Assembly: GCF_022842375.1 (NCBI RefSeq)
Contig: NZ_JALHPR010000005.1
Span: forward strand, 134,370 to 198,369
Origin: Elioraea sp.
Lineage (GTDB): Bacteria; Pseudomonadota; Alphaproteobacteria; Acetobacterales; Acetobacteraceae
Direction of reading: 5' to 3'
DNA length: 64,000 bases
Notes under the pieces: generated by a model
The model's database searches: none
What the model saw: the letters and a program-made list of their open reading frames with translations, nothing else
Told to the model about the DNA's origin: nothing
Made by a program: the position numbers and the translations under genes
Shown: piece after piece, positions 17,005-28,905 of the stretch
Layout of the letters: each line of letters starts with the position of its first letter
Position numbering within the stretch: position 1 is the stretch's first letter

Positions 17005-18291
17005 TCATTCCGCGGCGATCGGCAGGCGCTCGCGCGCGATCGTCCGCCGCGGGTCCTTCCAGAGCCGCCCGTCGGTCATCACCATCGCGATCTTGTCCTT
17101 GTCCGCGAGCAGCGTGACATCGGCCAGCACGTCGCCTTTCACGAGCAGCAGGTCGGCGAGGAAGCCCTCGCGCACCTGGCCGAGTTCGCTCTTCATGCCC
17201 ATCAGGTCGGCGCCGACACGCGTCGCGCATTGCAGCGCCTCGTTCGGCGTGTAGCCGAAGAAGCGGACGAAGTGGCTGATGTCGCGCGCGTTCTGGCCCT
17301 GTGGCGTGAAGGCGAAGCCATAGTCGCCGCCGATCACCACGCGGATGCCGCGCTTGCGCATCTGGTGATAGGTCTCGCAGCTGACGTCGAACGCCTTGTC
17401 GAAGCCGCGGGCGATCAGCCAGTCCTTGCTGATGCCGATCTTCTCGTGCTCGTACATCAGGTTGTAGAGCAGGCCGAAGGCCGGGCCGACGAAGTGCTTG
17501 TGCTTGTTCCGCTCGAGCATGTCGAGCGCTTCTGCGTCTGACTGGTCGCAGTGGTAGATGCAGTCGACCCCCGCCTCGACGCAACGCTTCACGCTTTCGG
17601 CCGACCGCGAGTGCGCCACGAGCATCTTGCCGAACTCATGCCCGACCTCGACGGCGGTGGTGATTTCCGCGCGCGACATCGGTGTGATGGAAGCCTTGGC
17701 GTGGGTAACGAAATCATCGCCGGAGACGTTGATCTTGAGGTTGTCCACGCCCTCACGCATGCAGAGGCGCGCGACCTTGCGCATCTCGTCAACGCCGTCG
17801 GCGATCAGCGCGAAGCTCTCGCGGTAGAGATGGACCCGCCGCTCGTCACCCAGCCCTGCTGTCGTGGTGATCTCCGGGCTTGCCGCGCGCATGCGTGGGC
17901 CGATGAAGTCGCCCGCATTGATGGCGTTGCGCGTGACGACGCCGAGGCGAAGCTTGGCCGAAGCCGCCTCGAACAGGCTGGTGAACCCGTGATCAAGCAT
18001 CACCCGGGTGTTCTTGATTGTCATGAGCAGGTGCTCCTCGGGCGGAATTTCGCCGAGTTGCGCCGGCTCGCTCACCCCCGTGAAGGTTGGATGACTGTGC
18101 CCCTCCACCATGCCCGGCATGAGCGTATGGCCAGTGCCGTCAATCACGTCTGCCCCGATAGCATCGATCGTGCCGAGATCCGTCGCGACCGCGCGGATGC
18201 GGTTGCCCTCGACGAGGACATCAGCGGGATACGCGTCGGCGCCGCTGGCGTCGAACACGCGTGCGTTTCGGATCAGAATGCGTCCAGACAT
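17005..18291 (-). CDS. Metal-dependent amidohydrolase family protein
   Basis: 428 aa from MSGRILIRNARVFDASG..LMPGMVEGHSHP (HxH motif), with AGGGAGG upstream. The remainder of ORF 17005..18699 is an artefactual extension. Confidence 0.8.
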   Translation of the reverse strand: MSGRILIRNARVFDASGADAYPADVLVEGNRIRAVATDLGTIDAIGADVIDGTGHTLMPGMVEGHSHPTFTGVSEPAQLGEIPPEEHLLMTIKNTRVMLDHGFTSLFEAASAKLRLGVVTRNAINAGDFIGPRMRAASPEITTTAGLGDERRVHLYRESFALIADGVDEMRKVARLCMREGVDNLKINVSGDDFVTHAKASITPMSRAEITTAVEVGHEFGKMLVAHSRSAESVKRCVEAGVDCIYHCDQSDAEALDMLERNKHKHFVGPAFGLLYNLMYEHEKIGISKDWLIARGFDKAFDVSCETYHQMRKRGIRVVIGGDYGFAFTPQGQNARDISHFVRFFGYTPNEALQCATRVGADLMGMKSELGQVREGFLADLLLVKGDVLADVTLLADKDKIAMVMTDGRLWKDPRRTIARERLPIAAE

Positions 18292-18669
18292 GAACTGACC
18301 TCCCTTGGTTCCGCGCGTTTTCCTCGCGCGATCCTCCATCTTCCCAAGGAGGGCATCGCGTTTCAACAGTGACGATGCGCTTCGTGCCGGGCAAATGCTG
18401 TCGGCGCAGCCGGCGTTGCGGGATGGGATGTGCGCCGTCCCTATGCTCCGTCGGAGAACGCCGTACTGTGCCATGCGCGCCCGGCACCATTGCGCTCGTG
18501 CAACACAAGGGAAGCGACAGGTCGACCCATGGGCGATCTGTCGGGCTCCATGTTGGGGAGTAGCGAAAGAAGCCCCGGCCAACCGCACGCGTGATCCGGA
18601 CGGAGCCTGGCGTTGGCCCTCGCTGCGGTATCCCAACGAGGAGACCTGACGCTCAGTCACGCATGGGCA

Positions 18670-19344
18670 ATGCCGGTCGCGTGCGAAATCGGGTTGCATC
18701 GGCGCCGCTGCTGGGCTCGACTTCGCAACGGTGATGTTGCGCAGGAAGACGAAAGGGGCCGACCGCTGCCAGTCCGCCAGATCCTGAAGCTTGGCAATCC
18801 CGTGTTGCGTGCCCGTGCTGCTGCGGTGGCTGATCCGCGCTCGCCCGAGATCGCCGCGCTGGTGGCGGATCTGCGCGATACGCTCGAGAGCATCGGCGGC
18901 AACGGCATCGCCGCGCCGCAGATCGGCGTCTCCCTCCGTGTGTTCCTTTACGCGATCCCGCGCTCACGCCTGCCCGAGTGCGATGCGTTCCGCCCGGTGC
19001 CGTGGTGTGCGCTCGTCAACCCCGAGATCGAGCCGCTCGAAGGCGAGCATCGCCCCATCGGGCTCGAACGCTGCCTCTCCATCCCTGGCCTGCATGGTGC
19101 GGTGCCGCGCCACACCGTGATCCGCGTCCGCGCCCCGTCGGCCGATGGCGAGGCGCTCGATTTCGTTGCCCGCGGCTACCACGCTCGGCTGATCCAGCAC
19201 GAGAACGATCATCTCGACGGAATCCTGTTCCCGATGCGCATGGCCGATCTCGGTACGCTCGGCTTCAACGATCAGGTACCCGAAAAGGCTTTCCACATTC
19301 CCGAGCCAGACTGTCCCGACCCCTTTGCCGGAGACGACGAATGA
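18670..19344 (+). CDS. def: Peptide deformylase paralogue with N- and C-terminal extensions
   Basis: All three Def motifs are present: GIAAPQIG, ERCLSIPG (canonical EGCLS) and QHENDHLDG (HExxH). The start is uncertain: TTG 18613, ATG 18670, or a downstream non-ATG codon. Confidence 0.75.
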   Translation: MPVACEIGLHRRRCWARLRNGDVAQEDERGRPLPVRQILKLGNPVLRARAAAVADPRSPEIAALVADLRDTLESIGGNGIAAPQIGVSLRVFLYAIPRSRLPECDAFRPVPWCALVNPEIEPLEGEHRPIGLERCLSIPGLHGAVPRHTVIRVRAPSADGEALDFVARGYHARLIQHENDHLDGILFPMRMADLGTLGFNDQVPEKAFHIPEPDCPDPFAGDDE

Positions 19345-20918
19345 ACGCGCGCATGACCTGGGCCCTTTCGGCCGTTCTCAGCCTGAGCCTCGCCACGGCG
19401 GCAGCGGCGGAGGAGTTGCGGGCCGGCTTCTCGCTCGATCCCTCGTCGCTTGATCCGCACTTCCACAATTTCTCGCCGAACAACGCCGTCGCCCAGCATT
19501 TCTTCGATGGGCTGACCAATTTCGACCGTCAGAACCAGCCTCGTCCCGGCCTCGCCGAGAGCTGGCGCCCGATCGATGACACGACTTGGGAGTTCAAGCT
19601 GCGCCCAGGCGTGCGTTTTCACGACGGCGCACCGCTGACGGTCGAGGACATCGCCTTCAGCCTCGCGCGTGCGCCGGCGGTGCCGAACTCGCCATCGTCC
19701 TTCGCGATGTTCGTCGCCGGCATGACGGTCGAGAAGGTCGATGACCTGACACTACGGATCATCACCGCAGCACCAAACCCGCTCGTGCCGAACAACCTCG
19801 CCAACGTGATGATCGTGCGAAGGGCGAAGGCCGAGGGGGCGGGCACGCCGCAGTTCAACAGTGGCGATGCGCTCGTCGGCACCGGCCCCTACCGGTTCGT
19901 CTCGTTCACACCCGGGTCGCAACTGGTGATGGTCAGAAACGAGGCCTACTGGGGCGGCGTGCAGCCCTATACGCGCGTGACCGTCAGCTTCATCCGCAAT
20001 GCCACCGCCCGCACCGCTGCATTGCTGTCCGAGTCGGTCGATTTCATCGACCAGCCGCCAACCGCAGACATCGGCCGCCTGCGCGCGGATCCGCGTTTCA
20101 CCGTCACGCAAGGCGTGACGGCGCGGACGATGTACCTGCATCTCGACCAGTTCCGCGACGAGACACCCTTCGTGACCGGCGTGACAGGGCGAAACCCGCT
20201 GCGCGATGCGCGCGTGCGCCGCGCGATCAGCATGGCGATCAACCGCCAGGCGATCGTCGATCGCGTAATGGAAGGTGTCGCGGAACCGGCCGCGCAGATC
20301 ATGCCGCCCTTCGCGTTCGGTGCGAGCCGTACGCTGCAGCCCGTACCGTTCGACCCGGAGGGAGCGCGGCGGCTTCTCGCCGAGGCGGGCTATCCGGATG
20401 GCTTCGGGATCACGCTGCATGGCACGAATGATCGCTACGTGAACGATGCCCGAATTGCCCAGGCGATCGCGCAGATGCTGACGCGCGTCGGCATCCGCAC
20501 CGAAGTCGATACGATGCCCGGCAACGTATTCTTTACCCAGGCGACGACAGGCGGGCCGAACCGCACGCCGCGCTACAGCCTGATCCAGCTCGGCTTCGCC
20601 TCTGGCACGGGTGAGAACGGCTCGGCGCTGCGCTCGCTGCTCGGCACGTTCGATCCGGCGCGTGCCATGGGTGCGGCCAATCGAGGCCGGTACAGCAACC
20701 CCGTGGTGGATGACCTCGTGCTCGAGGCGCTGCGCACGGTCGATGACACGCGCCGTGCCGCGCTGCTCGAGCGCGCGACCAACATCGCGTTCGGAGAGGA
20801 TGTCGGCGCGATCGCGTTGCATCACCAGCACGGCGTCTGGGCCGCACGGAAGCCCTACCGGGTTGAGCCACGCAGCTACGAAGGCACGCTGGTGATGGAT
20901 GTGATCCGCGCTCCCTGA
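19341..20918 (+). CDS. ABC transporter substrate-binding protein, family 5 (peptide type), orphan
   Basis: 525 aa from MNARMTWALSAVLSLSLATAAAA (signal peptide). The ATG overlaps the def stop (ATGA). No permease or ATPase gene is adjacent. Confidence 0.85.
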   Translation: MNARMTWALSAVLSLSLATAAAAEELRAGFSLDPSSLDPHFHNFSPNNAVAQHFFDGLTNFDRQNQPRPGLAESWRPIDDTTWEFKLRPGVRFHDGAPLTVEDIAFSLARAPAVPNSPSSFAMFVAGMTVEKVDDLTLRIITAAPNPLVPNNLANVMIVRRAKAEGAGTPQFNSGDALVGTGPYRFVSFTPGSQLVMVRNEAYWGGVQPYTRVTVSFIRNATARTAALLSESVDFIDQPPTADIGRLRADPRFTVTQGVTARTMYLHLDQFRDETPFVTGVTGRNPLRDARVRRAISMAINRQAIVDRVMEGVAEPAAQIMPPFAFGASRTLQPVPFDPEGARRLLAEAGYPDGFGITLHGTNDRYVNDARIAQAIAQMLTRVGIRTEVDTMPGNVFFTQATTGGPNRTPRYSLIQLGFASGTGENGSALRSLLGTFDPARAMGAANRGRYSNPVVDDLVLEALRTVDDTRRAALLERATNIAFGEDVGAIALHHQHGVWAARKPYRVEPRSYEGTLVMDVIRAP

Positions 20919-20920
20919 CC

Positions 20921-22333
20921 GTGATGGACCTTCCGGCCGACAGCGCCACGGCCCTGCTCCACGCGTTCCGGCGTGGCACGCTTTCGCCCGTCGAGGCGAC
21001 GTCAGCAGCGCTTGCCCGCATCCGCGCCTTCGAGCCTGCGGTGAACGCATTCGTGCTGGTCGACGAGGTCGGCGCGATGCAGGCCGCGCGGCAGAGCGAG
21101 GAGCGCTGGCGCGCCGGTCGGCCCCTGGGTGTTCTCGATGGCGTTCCGAGCACGATCAAGGACGCGACGCTGACGCGCGGCTGGCCGACACTGCGCGGCA
21201 GCCGCACGATCGCGCGTGACCAGCCATGGAATGACGATGCACCCGTCGTCGCGCGCATGCGCGAGGCCGGTGCCGTGCTGCTCGGCAAGACCACGTTGCC
21301 GGAGTTCGCCTGGAAGGGCGTGTGCGACAGCGCGCTCACCGGCACCACGCGCAACCCTTGGGATGTGCGCACCACGCCTGGCGGGTCGAGCGGCGGCGCT
21401 GCCGTCGCTGCCGCACTCGGCATGGGGTGGCTGCACCAGGGCTCCGACGGCGGGGGCTCGATCAGGATCCCGGCCGGCTTCACCGGCGTCGTCGGCCACA
21501 AGCCGTCCTTCGGCCGCGTGCCGCTGTGGCCGCCCACGGTGCAGGGCACGCTGTCGCACACAGGGCCGATCACGCGCACCGTCGCGGATGCCGCACTGAT
21601 GCTGACGGCGATCGCGAGGCCCGATGCGCGCGACTGGATGGCGCTGCCGCATGACGCGCGTGACTGGCGGATGGGCCTCTCTGACGGGGTGCGCGGCTGG
21701 CGGATCGCGGCGAGTGCCACACTTGGCTACGTGCGCGGGCTTGATGACGAGGTCGCTGCCGCCTTCGCCGATGCCGTGTCCGCGTTCGAGGCGCTGGGTG
21801 CGACGGTCGAGGGGGTCGCCCCTGGTTTTGCCGACCCGCACGACGCCTTCCGCATCCTCTGGTACGCGGGTGCTGCGCAGAACCTCAGGCCCATGGCGCC
21901 GGACCTGCGCGCCCTCGTCGATCCTGGCCTGCGCGAGATTGCCGAGGAGGCTGAGCGCTTCTCGGCTTCCGACCTGATCGAGGCCGGCATGGTGCGTGCG
22001 CGCATGGGCGTTTCGATGAAGGCGCTGCATGAGCGGTACGACGTGCTGCTGACGCCGACGCTGCCCATCCCCGCCTTCATGGCCGGGCAGGAGGTGCCAG
22101 ACCCCGCGCGCCAGACGCGCTGGACGGAATGGTCGCCCTATTGTTTCCCGTTCAACATGACGATGCAGCCGGCGATCAGCGTTCCCTGCGGCCTCACGCG
22201 GGCGGGATTGCCGATCGGGCTGCAGATCGTCGGGCCGGCGCATGACGACGCGCTCGTGCTCCGCGCCGCCGCCGCGTTCGAGGCGGCGCGGCCCTTCGCG
22301 CGGATCGACGCCCCTCGCGGCAGCGCAGCTTAG
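20921..22333 (+). CDS. Amidase (amidase-signature family)
   Basis: GGSSGGAAVAAALGMGWLHQGSDGGGSIRIPA and STIKDA give the Ser-Ser-Lys signature. The start is GTG 20921 or ATG 20924, 2 nt after the SBP stop. Confidence 0.85.
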   Translation: MMDLPADSATALLHAFRRGTLSPVEATSAALARIRAFEPAVNAFVLVDEVGAMQAARQSEERWRAGRPLGVLDGVPSTIKDATLTRGWPTLRGSRTIARDQPWNDDAPVVARMREAGAVLLGKTTLPEFAWKGVCDSALTGTTRNPWDVRTTPGGSSGGAAVAAALGMGWLHQGSDGGGSIRIPAGFTGVVGHKPSFGRVPLWPPTVQGTLSHTGPITRTVADAALMLTAIARPDARDWMALPHDARDWRMGLSDGVRGWRIAASATLGYVRGLDDEVAAAFADAVSAFEALGATVEGVAPGFADPHDAFRILWYAGAAQNLRPMAPDLRALVDPGLREIAEEAERFSASDLIEAGMVRARMGVSMKALHERYDVLLTPTLPIPAFMAGQEVPDPARQTRWTEWSPYCFPFNMTMQPAISVPCGLTRAGLPIGLQIVGPAHDDALVLRAAAAFEAARPFARIDAPRGSAA

Positions 22334-23010
22334 CCCCGCGCGGCCTGTGCGGCGAGAAGCTCGGCGATGCGCGCGTTGGTGCCGTTGATGTCTGGCATCC
22401 TCTCGCCCGCGGCGATGCGCGCGAGCGTCGTCTTCTCCGCCTCCTGCATGCCGATGGCGCGTTCCGCCGCCTCGGTGATCTCGGCGGCCTTCAGCACGAG
22501 AACGCCGTTCTCGTCCGCCAGGACGGCATCGCCGGGCTCAACCGCAACGCCGCCGCAGGAGATGGGCACGCAGAACTCGCCATGCGTGAATTGCCGCTTG
22601 CCCGTCACTGCGGAGAGGCCGCGCGCCCAGACCGGAACGCCATAGTCGCGCAACTCGCCGATGTCGGTTGCCATGCCGTCGATGATGATGCCGGCGCATC
22701 CAGCCTCGCGCGCGGCGAAGGCGACGCCGCCGCCGCAGGAGGCGTGGCGCATGTCGCCGGCACGGTCCATCACCAGGACATCGCCAGGGCGGAGCTTGCC
22801 GAGTGCGTAGTGGACGATCGTCGTATCGGAGCCGTGGCAGCGGATGGTCACGGCCGTGCCGGCGATGCGCCGATCGGGCAGCAGGCCGCGGATTTCCGGC
22901 GCCATGAAGCCGGTGTGGCGGAAATGGCCGATCGTTGCCGGTTCGGCGCGACGGAGCAGGTCGAGCAGGGCAGGCGGCACCGGTGCTGGCAGGTCATTGA
23001 TGGTGAACAT
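22330..23010 (-). CDS. RraA / 4-hydroxy-4-methyl-2-oxoglutarate aldolase family protein
   Basis: 226 aa from MFTINDLPAP. GDVLVMDRAGDMRHASCGGGVAFAAREAGCAGIIIDGMATD is typical of the RraA-like fold. Confidence 0.8.
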   Translation of the reverse strand: MFTINDLPAPVPPALLDLLRRAEPATIGHFRHTGFMAPEIRGLLPDRRIAGTAVTIRCHGSDTTIVHYALGKLRPGDVLVMDRAGDMRHASCGGGVAFAAREAGCAGIIIDGMATDIGELRDYGVPVWARGLSAVTGKRQFTHGEFCVPISCGGVAVEPGDAVLADENGVLVLKAAEITEAAERAIGMQEAEKTTLARIAAGERMPDINGTNARIAELLAAQAARG

Positions 23011-23158
23011 CGGCAGGGGTCCTCGATTGCGGGCGCAGCGCGACAAGGATCGTAGTCCGCAAAAGGTCGCTGCACATCAGCGATCGCAGCGGCGTTGCGT
23101 TCGCGCCGGGAGCCGTTACGATCAGCGTACGCAGCGGAACGACCTGGAGGACGATGCG

Positions 23159-24034
23159 ATGGCACTCGCGATCACGCCGCTCACGCCATCCGGTTTCGGT
23201 GCCGAGGTGACCGGCATCGATCCGACGCTTCAGCTCGACGAGGAAACGTTCCGTGCCGTCGAGCAGGCGTGGCACGATCATGCTGTGCTGGTGTTCCGCG
23301 ATCTTGCGATGACGCCGGAGCAGCAGATCGCGTTCACGCGGAGGCTCGGCCCGCTGCACATCATGGTGCCGCTTCAATACAATCTCGATGGTCACCCGGA
23401 GATCTTCGTCGTCGGCAATGCCGAGGAGGGGGGCAAGGCCGTCGGCATGCGCCGCGCCGGGATGGGGTTCCATAGCGATGGCGAGGACAAGGCCATCCCG
23501 AATGCCGGGTCGTTCCTCGCCGCAGTGCAGGTTCCGCCCGAGGGAGGCGACACCATCTTCGCAGACACGCGGGCAGCGTGGCATGCCCTACCGCGCGAGA
23601 CGAAGGCGCGGCTGGCGGGGCGCCGTGCGCGGTTCAGCAGGATCACGCTGCACCACGTCCACTATCCGCACCTGCCGGCATTGACGGATGAGCAGAAGCG
23701 CGACCGCCCTGATGTGTGGCACCCGATCGCGCGGCTGCACCCGCGCAACAGTCGTGTGGCCCTCTATATCGGGCGATGGGCTGTCGAGATCGAGGGTATG
23801 GCGGAGGCGGAGGGAACAGCGCTGATCGCCGAGCTCTGCGATGTCGCGCACCGGCCAGAGTTCCTCTATCGCCACAGCTGGCGGCCCGGCGATGCCGTGC
23901 TGTGGGACAATCGCTGCACGCAGCATTGTGCCACGTCGTTCGACGAGGAGCGCTACACGCGGCGCATGCATCGCACGACGCTGGAGGGCGAGGCGCCGGT
24001 GCTCGCCTCCGTTGCCGCGGCGGTCGCTGCTTGA
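23159..24034 (+). CDS. TauD/TfdA-family Fe(II)/2-oxoglutarate dioxygenase
   Basis: 291 aa from MALAITPLTPSGFGAEVTGID, with a GGAGG RBS. It has FHSDGED (HxD) and WDNRCTQHCAT (distal His). Confidence 0.85.
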   Translation: MALAITPLTPSGFGAEVTGIDPTLQLDEETFRAVEQAWHDHAVLVFRDLAMTPEQQIAFTRRLGPLHIMVPLQYNLDGHPEIFVVGNAEEGGKAVGMRRAGMGFHSDGEDKAIPNAGSFLAAVQVPPEGGDTIFADTRAAWHALPRETKARLAGRRARFSRITLHHVHYPHLPALTDEQKRDRPDVWHPIARLHPRNSRVALYIGRWAVEIEGMAEAEGTALIAELCDVAHRPEFLYRHSWRPGDAVLWDNRCTQHCATSFDEERYTRRMHRTTLEGEAPVLASVAAAVAA

Positions 24035-24408
24035 TGGAGATCCTTCACCCGCCGGCGCCGGGCGAGAAGCGCCCCTTCAGTCGCGCGGTGAAGGCAGCCG
24101 GCATGGTGTGGGTGTCGGGCCACTCGGCACCGCATGACCCCGCGCACGGCATCCATCGTGGTGCGACGCCGGGCGAGGAGGTCGACAATGCGCTCGCCTT
24201 CGTCGCCGCGATCCTCGCCGAGGCAGGCAGCGGGCTCGACCGCGTGGTGCAGGTGACGATGCTGATCAGCGACAGGGCGGACTATGATGCCTGCAACGTG
24301 GCCTATGTGAAGCACTTCCCCGGCGGCCTGCCGGCACGCCACACTGCGCTGTTTGGCGTGCCGACAGAGGCGCGCGTCGGCTTCGCCTGCGTTGCGTTGG
24401 CGGACTGA
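24034..24408 (+). CDS. RidA/YjgF-family protein
   Basis: 124 aa (MEILHPPAPGEKRPFSRAVKAAGMVWVSG...PARHTALFGVPTEARVGFACVA). The ATG overlaps the TauD stop (TGATG). Confidence 0.8.
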   Translation: MEILHPPAPGEKRPFSRAVKAAGMVWVSGHSAPHDPAHGIHRGATPGEEVDNALAFVAAILAEAGSGLDRVVQVTMLISDRADYDACNVAYVKHFPGGLPARHTALFGVPTEARVGFACVALAD

Positions 24409-24420
24409 ACCTTCGGCCGA

Positions 24421-25173
24421 TCAGTGGAACACGCGGCCTGAATCGATCACCACCGTTTGTCCCGTCATCGTCTCGGTGCGACACATCGCGACGACCATTC
24501 CGGCGCAATCATCCTTGTCGGCTGGCTTCTTGAGCAGCGAGGCTGACGCTGAGGCCTCGACCAGCTCAGGCCTGAGATTGGCCGTCGCGCGCGTGCCTTC
24601 GAGCAGCCCGGGGGCGACGCAATTGACGAGCGTATGGGGTGCCATCGCCACCGCCATGCAGCGCGTGAGATGAATCAGCCCTGCCTTCGATACGGCATAG
24701 GCGATCGACGAGCCTGATGGCCCGAGCCCGGCGACGGAGGCGATGTTGACGATGCGCCCACGCCCTTGCGCCTTCATCACGGGTGCAGCCGCCTTCATCA
24801 GCCGCATCGGGCCGGTGAGGTTGATGTCCATGATCTTCCCCCACTCCTCCATCGTCATCGCATCGAGGTCGGGGAAAGGGATCGAGATGTTGTAGGCGGC
24901 GTCGTTGACGAGGATGTCGAGCCGCCCGAAGCGGCGCACGACGTCATCCACGAGCGTGGCGACGGCTGCGGCATCCGTCAGATCGCAGCCGAAGGCAGCG
25001 GCGTTCACCTGGTGCCGGGCGGCGATGTCGCGTGCCACACCCTCTGCCTGTTCGCGGCTCCGCGCATACACGACCGCGACATGCACCCCCTCGCGCGCGA
25101 GGGCGTGGCAGATGCGCTGGCCGAGCCCGCCATTGCCGCCCGTGACGAGGGCGACGGCACCGGAAAGTTCCAT
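24421..25173 (-). CDS. Short-chain dehydrogenase/reductase
   Basis: TGGNGGLG cofactor motif, NDAAYN, and the YAVSK catalytic YxxxK. Confidence 0.85.
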   Translation of the reverse strand: MELSGAVALVTGGNGGLGQRICHALAREGVHVAVVYARSREQAEGVARDIAARHQVNAAAFGCDLTDAAAVATLVDDVVRRFGRLDILVNDAAYNISIPFPDLDAMTMEEWGKIMDINLTGPMRLMKAAAPVMKAQGRGRIVNIASVAGLGPSGSSIAYAVSKAGLIHLTRCMAVAMAPHTLVNCVAPGLLEGTRATANLRPELVEASASASLLKKPADKDDCAGMVVAMCRTETMTGQTVVIDSGRVFH

Positions 25174-25200
25174 GGCGTATGCTCCTGCTGGTGTTCGCGT

Positions 25201-26274
25201 TCAGCCGGTGATCGCCGCGACAACGCGCGCGGCATAGGTGGGGAACGCGTCAGGGTCGAGCCAGCGCGTGACGGAAACGATCTCGTGGTCAGGATCGATC
25301 CACGTCGTATTGCCGCCGGCACCGCGGGCGAAGACGCTGCGTGCGGAAGCGGCGGGTGCGGCCGCCCGCGCGGTGTTGAGCCACCAGAGGAGCCCATATT
25401 CCGGCTTCAACGGGCAGGGTGCGGCGATCGCCTCGATCCACGCGGCCGGGATCAGCTGCCGGCCGTCCCAGGTGCCGCGCTGGAGCACGAGCTGGCCCAG
25501 CAGCGCCTGGTCGTCGGCGCCGATGAACACGCCGCCGCCCCAGTGGCCACCGCCCGGAACCGACGGCATCTCCGTGCCGTCGATGGTGACCAGCGCCGTG
25601 TCGTAGGCGTGCCAGGACCATCCGGTGCTCGCGCCGATCGGGTCCATGATGCGCGCGCGGAACACTTCTGGCAGCGGCGTGCGGAACAGGTGCAGCAGTG
25701 CCAGCGACAATGCATTCACCCGCACATCATTATACTCCCAGAACGTTCCCGGGTCGCGCAGCGGGCGTGCCTCGCCCTTGCGGGCCTTGCCCTCGCGGAG
25801 GAGATCGCGGTTGCGGTCGATCAGGTCCGACTTGCCCCAGAGCGTGCCTTCCCACTCCGAGGTGAGGGTGAGCAACTGTCGCCAGGTGACGATGCCGTTG
25901 CGCGGGCCGGCGAAGTGGGGGCTCGCGACGCGGGCCGAGACCGGCTCGTCGAGCGAGGCGATCAGCCCGTCATGCTGCGCGAGGCCGGCGAGCAGCGAGA
26001 GGTATGACTTCGCTACCGAGAAGGTCATGTCGGCGCGCGTCGTGTCGCCCCAGGCAGCGATGCGCTTGCCGCGATGCATCACCACGCCCGCCGGGCCGCC
26101 GCGCGGTGCGACGGGGCCAATGATCGCGTTGTCGGGCGGCGGCTCGAAATAGCCGCTGTCGAGATGCGCGCGGAGGTCGCGCGGCCAGCCGATTTCGTTG
26201 GCTGCGGCAAAGGCCGCGGCGGTCGCAATGGCGGCAGCGAGCGTCGGAGACGAGGGAGAGGTCGTTGCCATCAT
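25201..26274 (-). CDS. Serine hydrolase (beta-lactamase / D-aminopeptidase-like fold)
   Basis: 357 aa from MMATTSPSS, with an SxxK motif (SVAKS). The start was chosen inside ORF 25201..26307. Confidence 0.75.
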   Translation of the reverse strand: MMATTSPSSPTLAAAIATAAAFAAANEIGWPRDLRAHLDSGYFEPPPDNAIIGPVAPRGGPAGVVMHRGKRIAAWGDTTRADMTFSVAKSYLSLLAGLAQHDGLIASLDEPVSARVASPHFAGPRNGIVTWRQLLTLTSEWEGTLWGKSDLIDRNRDLLREGKARKGEARPLRDPGTFWEYNDVRVNALSLALLHLFRTPLPEVFRARIMDPIGASTGWSWHAYDTALVTIDGTEMPSVPGGGHWGGGVFIGADDQALLGQLVLQRGTWDGRQLIPAAWIEAIAAPCPLKPEYGLLWWLNTARAAAPAASARSVFARGAGGNTTWIDPDHEIVSVTRWLDPDAFPTYAARVVAAITG

Positions 26275-26333
26275 GCGGCGATAGCAGACATCGCCGCACC
26301 TGGCCACGGCGCGATGCAGGGGGCAGACCAGAT

Positions 26334-26364
26334 CCGGGCGCGGCTGATCGTCAGCCGCGCCCGG
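26334..26364 (-). terminator. Strong hairpin downstream of katG
   Basis: CCGGGCGCGGCTGA-tcg-TCAGCCGCGCCCGG forms a perfect 14-bp stem 18 nt after the katG stop. No clear U-tract follows. Confidence 0.5.
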
Positions 26365-26381
26365 TCCTCAAGGGGTCAATT

Positions 26382-28751
<2,370 letters not shown>

Positions 28752-28839
28752 TCACTCCACCGATCGGGTAATGTTCTGTCGGGTCGTACGTTAGCGGGTT
28801 TCCGATGATGAATGGAAGCGTGGCACGCTAACGAATGTG

Positions 28840-28854
28840 ATAGATGACATCTAT
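28840..28854. promoter_or_regulatory. ATAG-N7-CTAT element (candidate OxyR half operator)
   Basis: ATAGatgacatCTAT, read directly, lies 52 nt upstream of the oxyR ATG in the katG-oxyR divergent region. Only one dyad of the four-element consensus is present. Confidence 0.35.
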
Positions 28855-28905
28855 CAAGCCTGGGTGGCCGACCTGGCCATCCACGCGTCCGGGTAGGTCC
28901 GATCC

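Noticed and set aside
28821-28835. TGGCACG in the katG-oxyR intergenic region.
   Set aside because: There is no TTGC at the required spacing (the sequence reads ctaaCGAA), so this is probably a chance -24-like heptamer.
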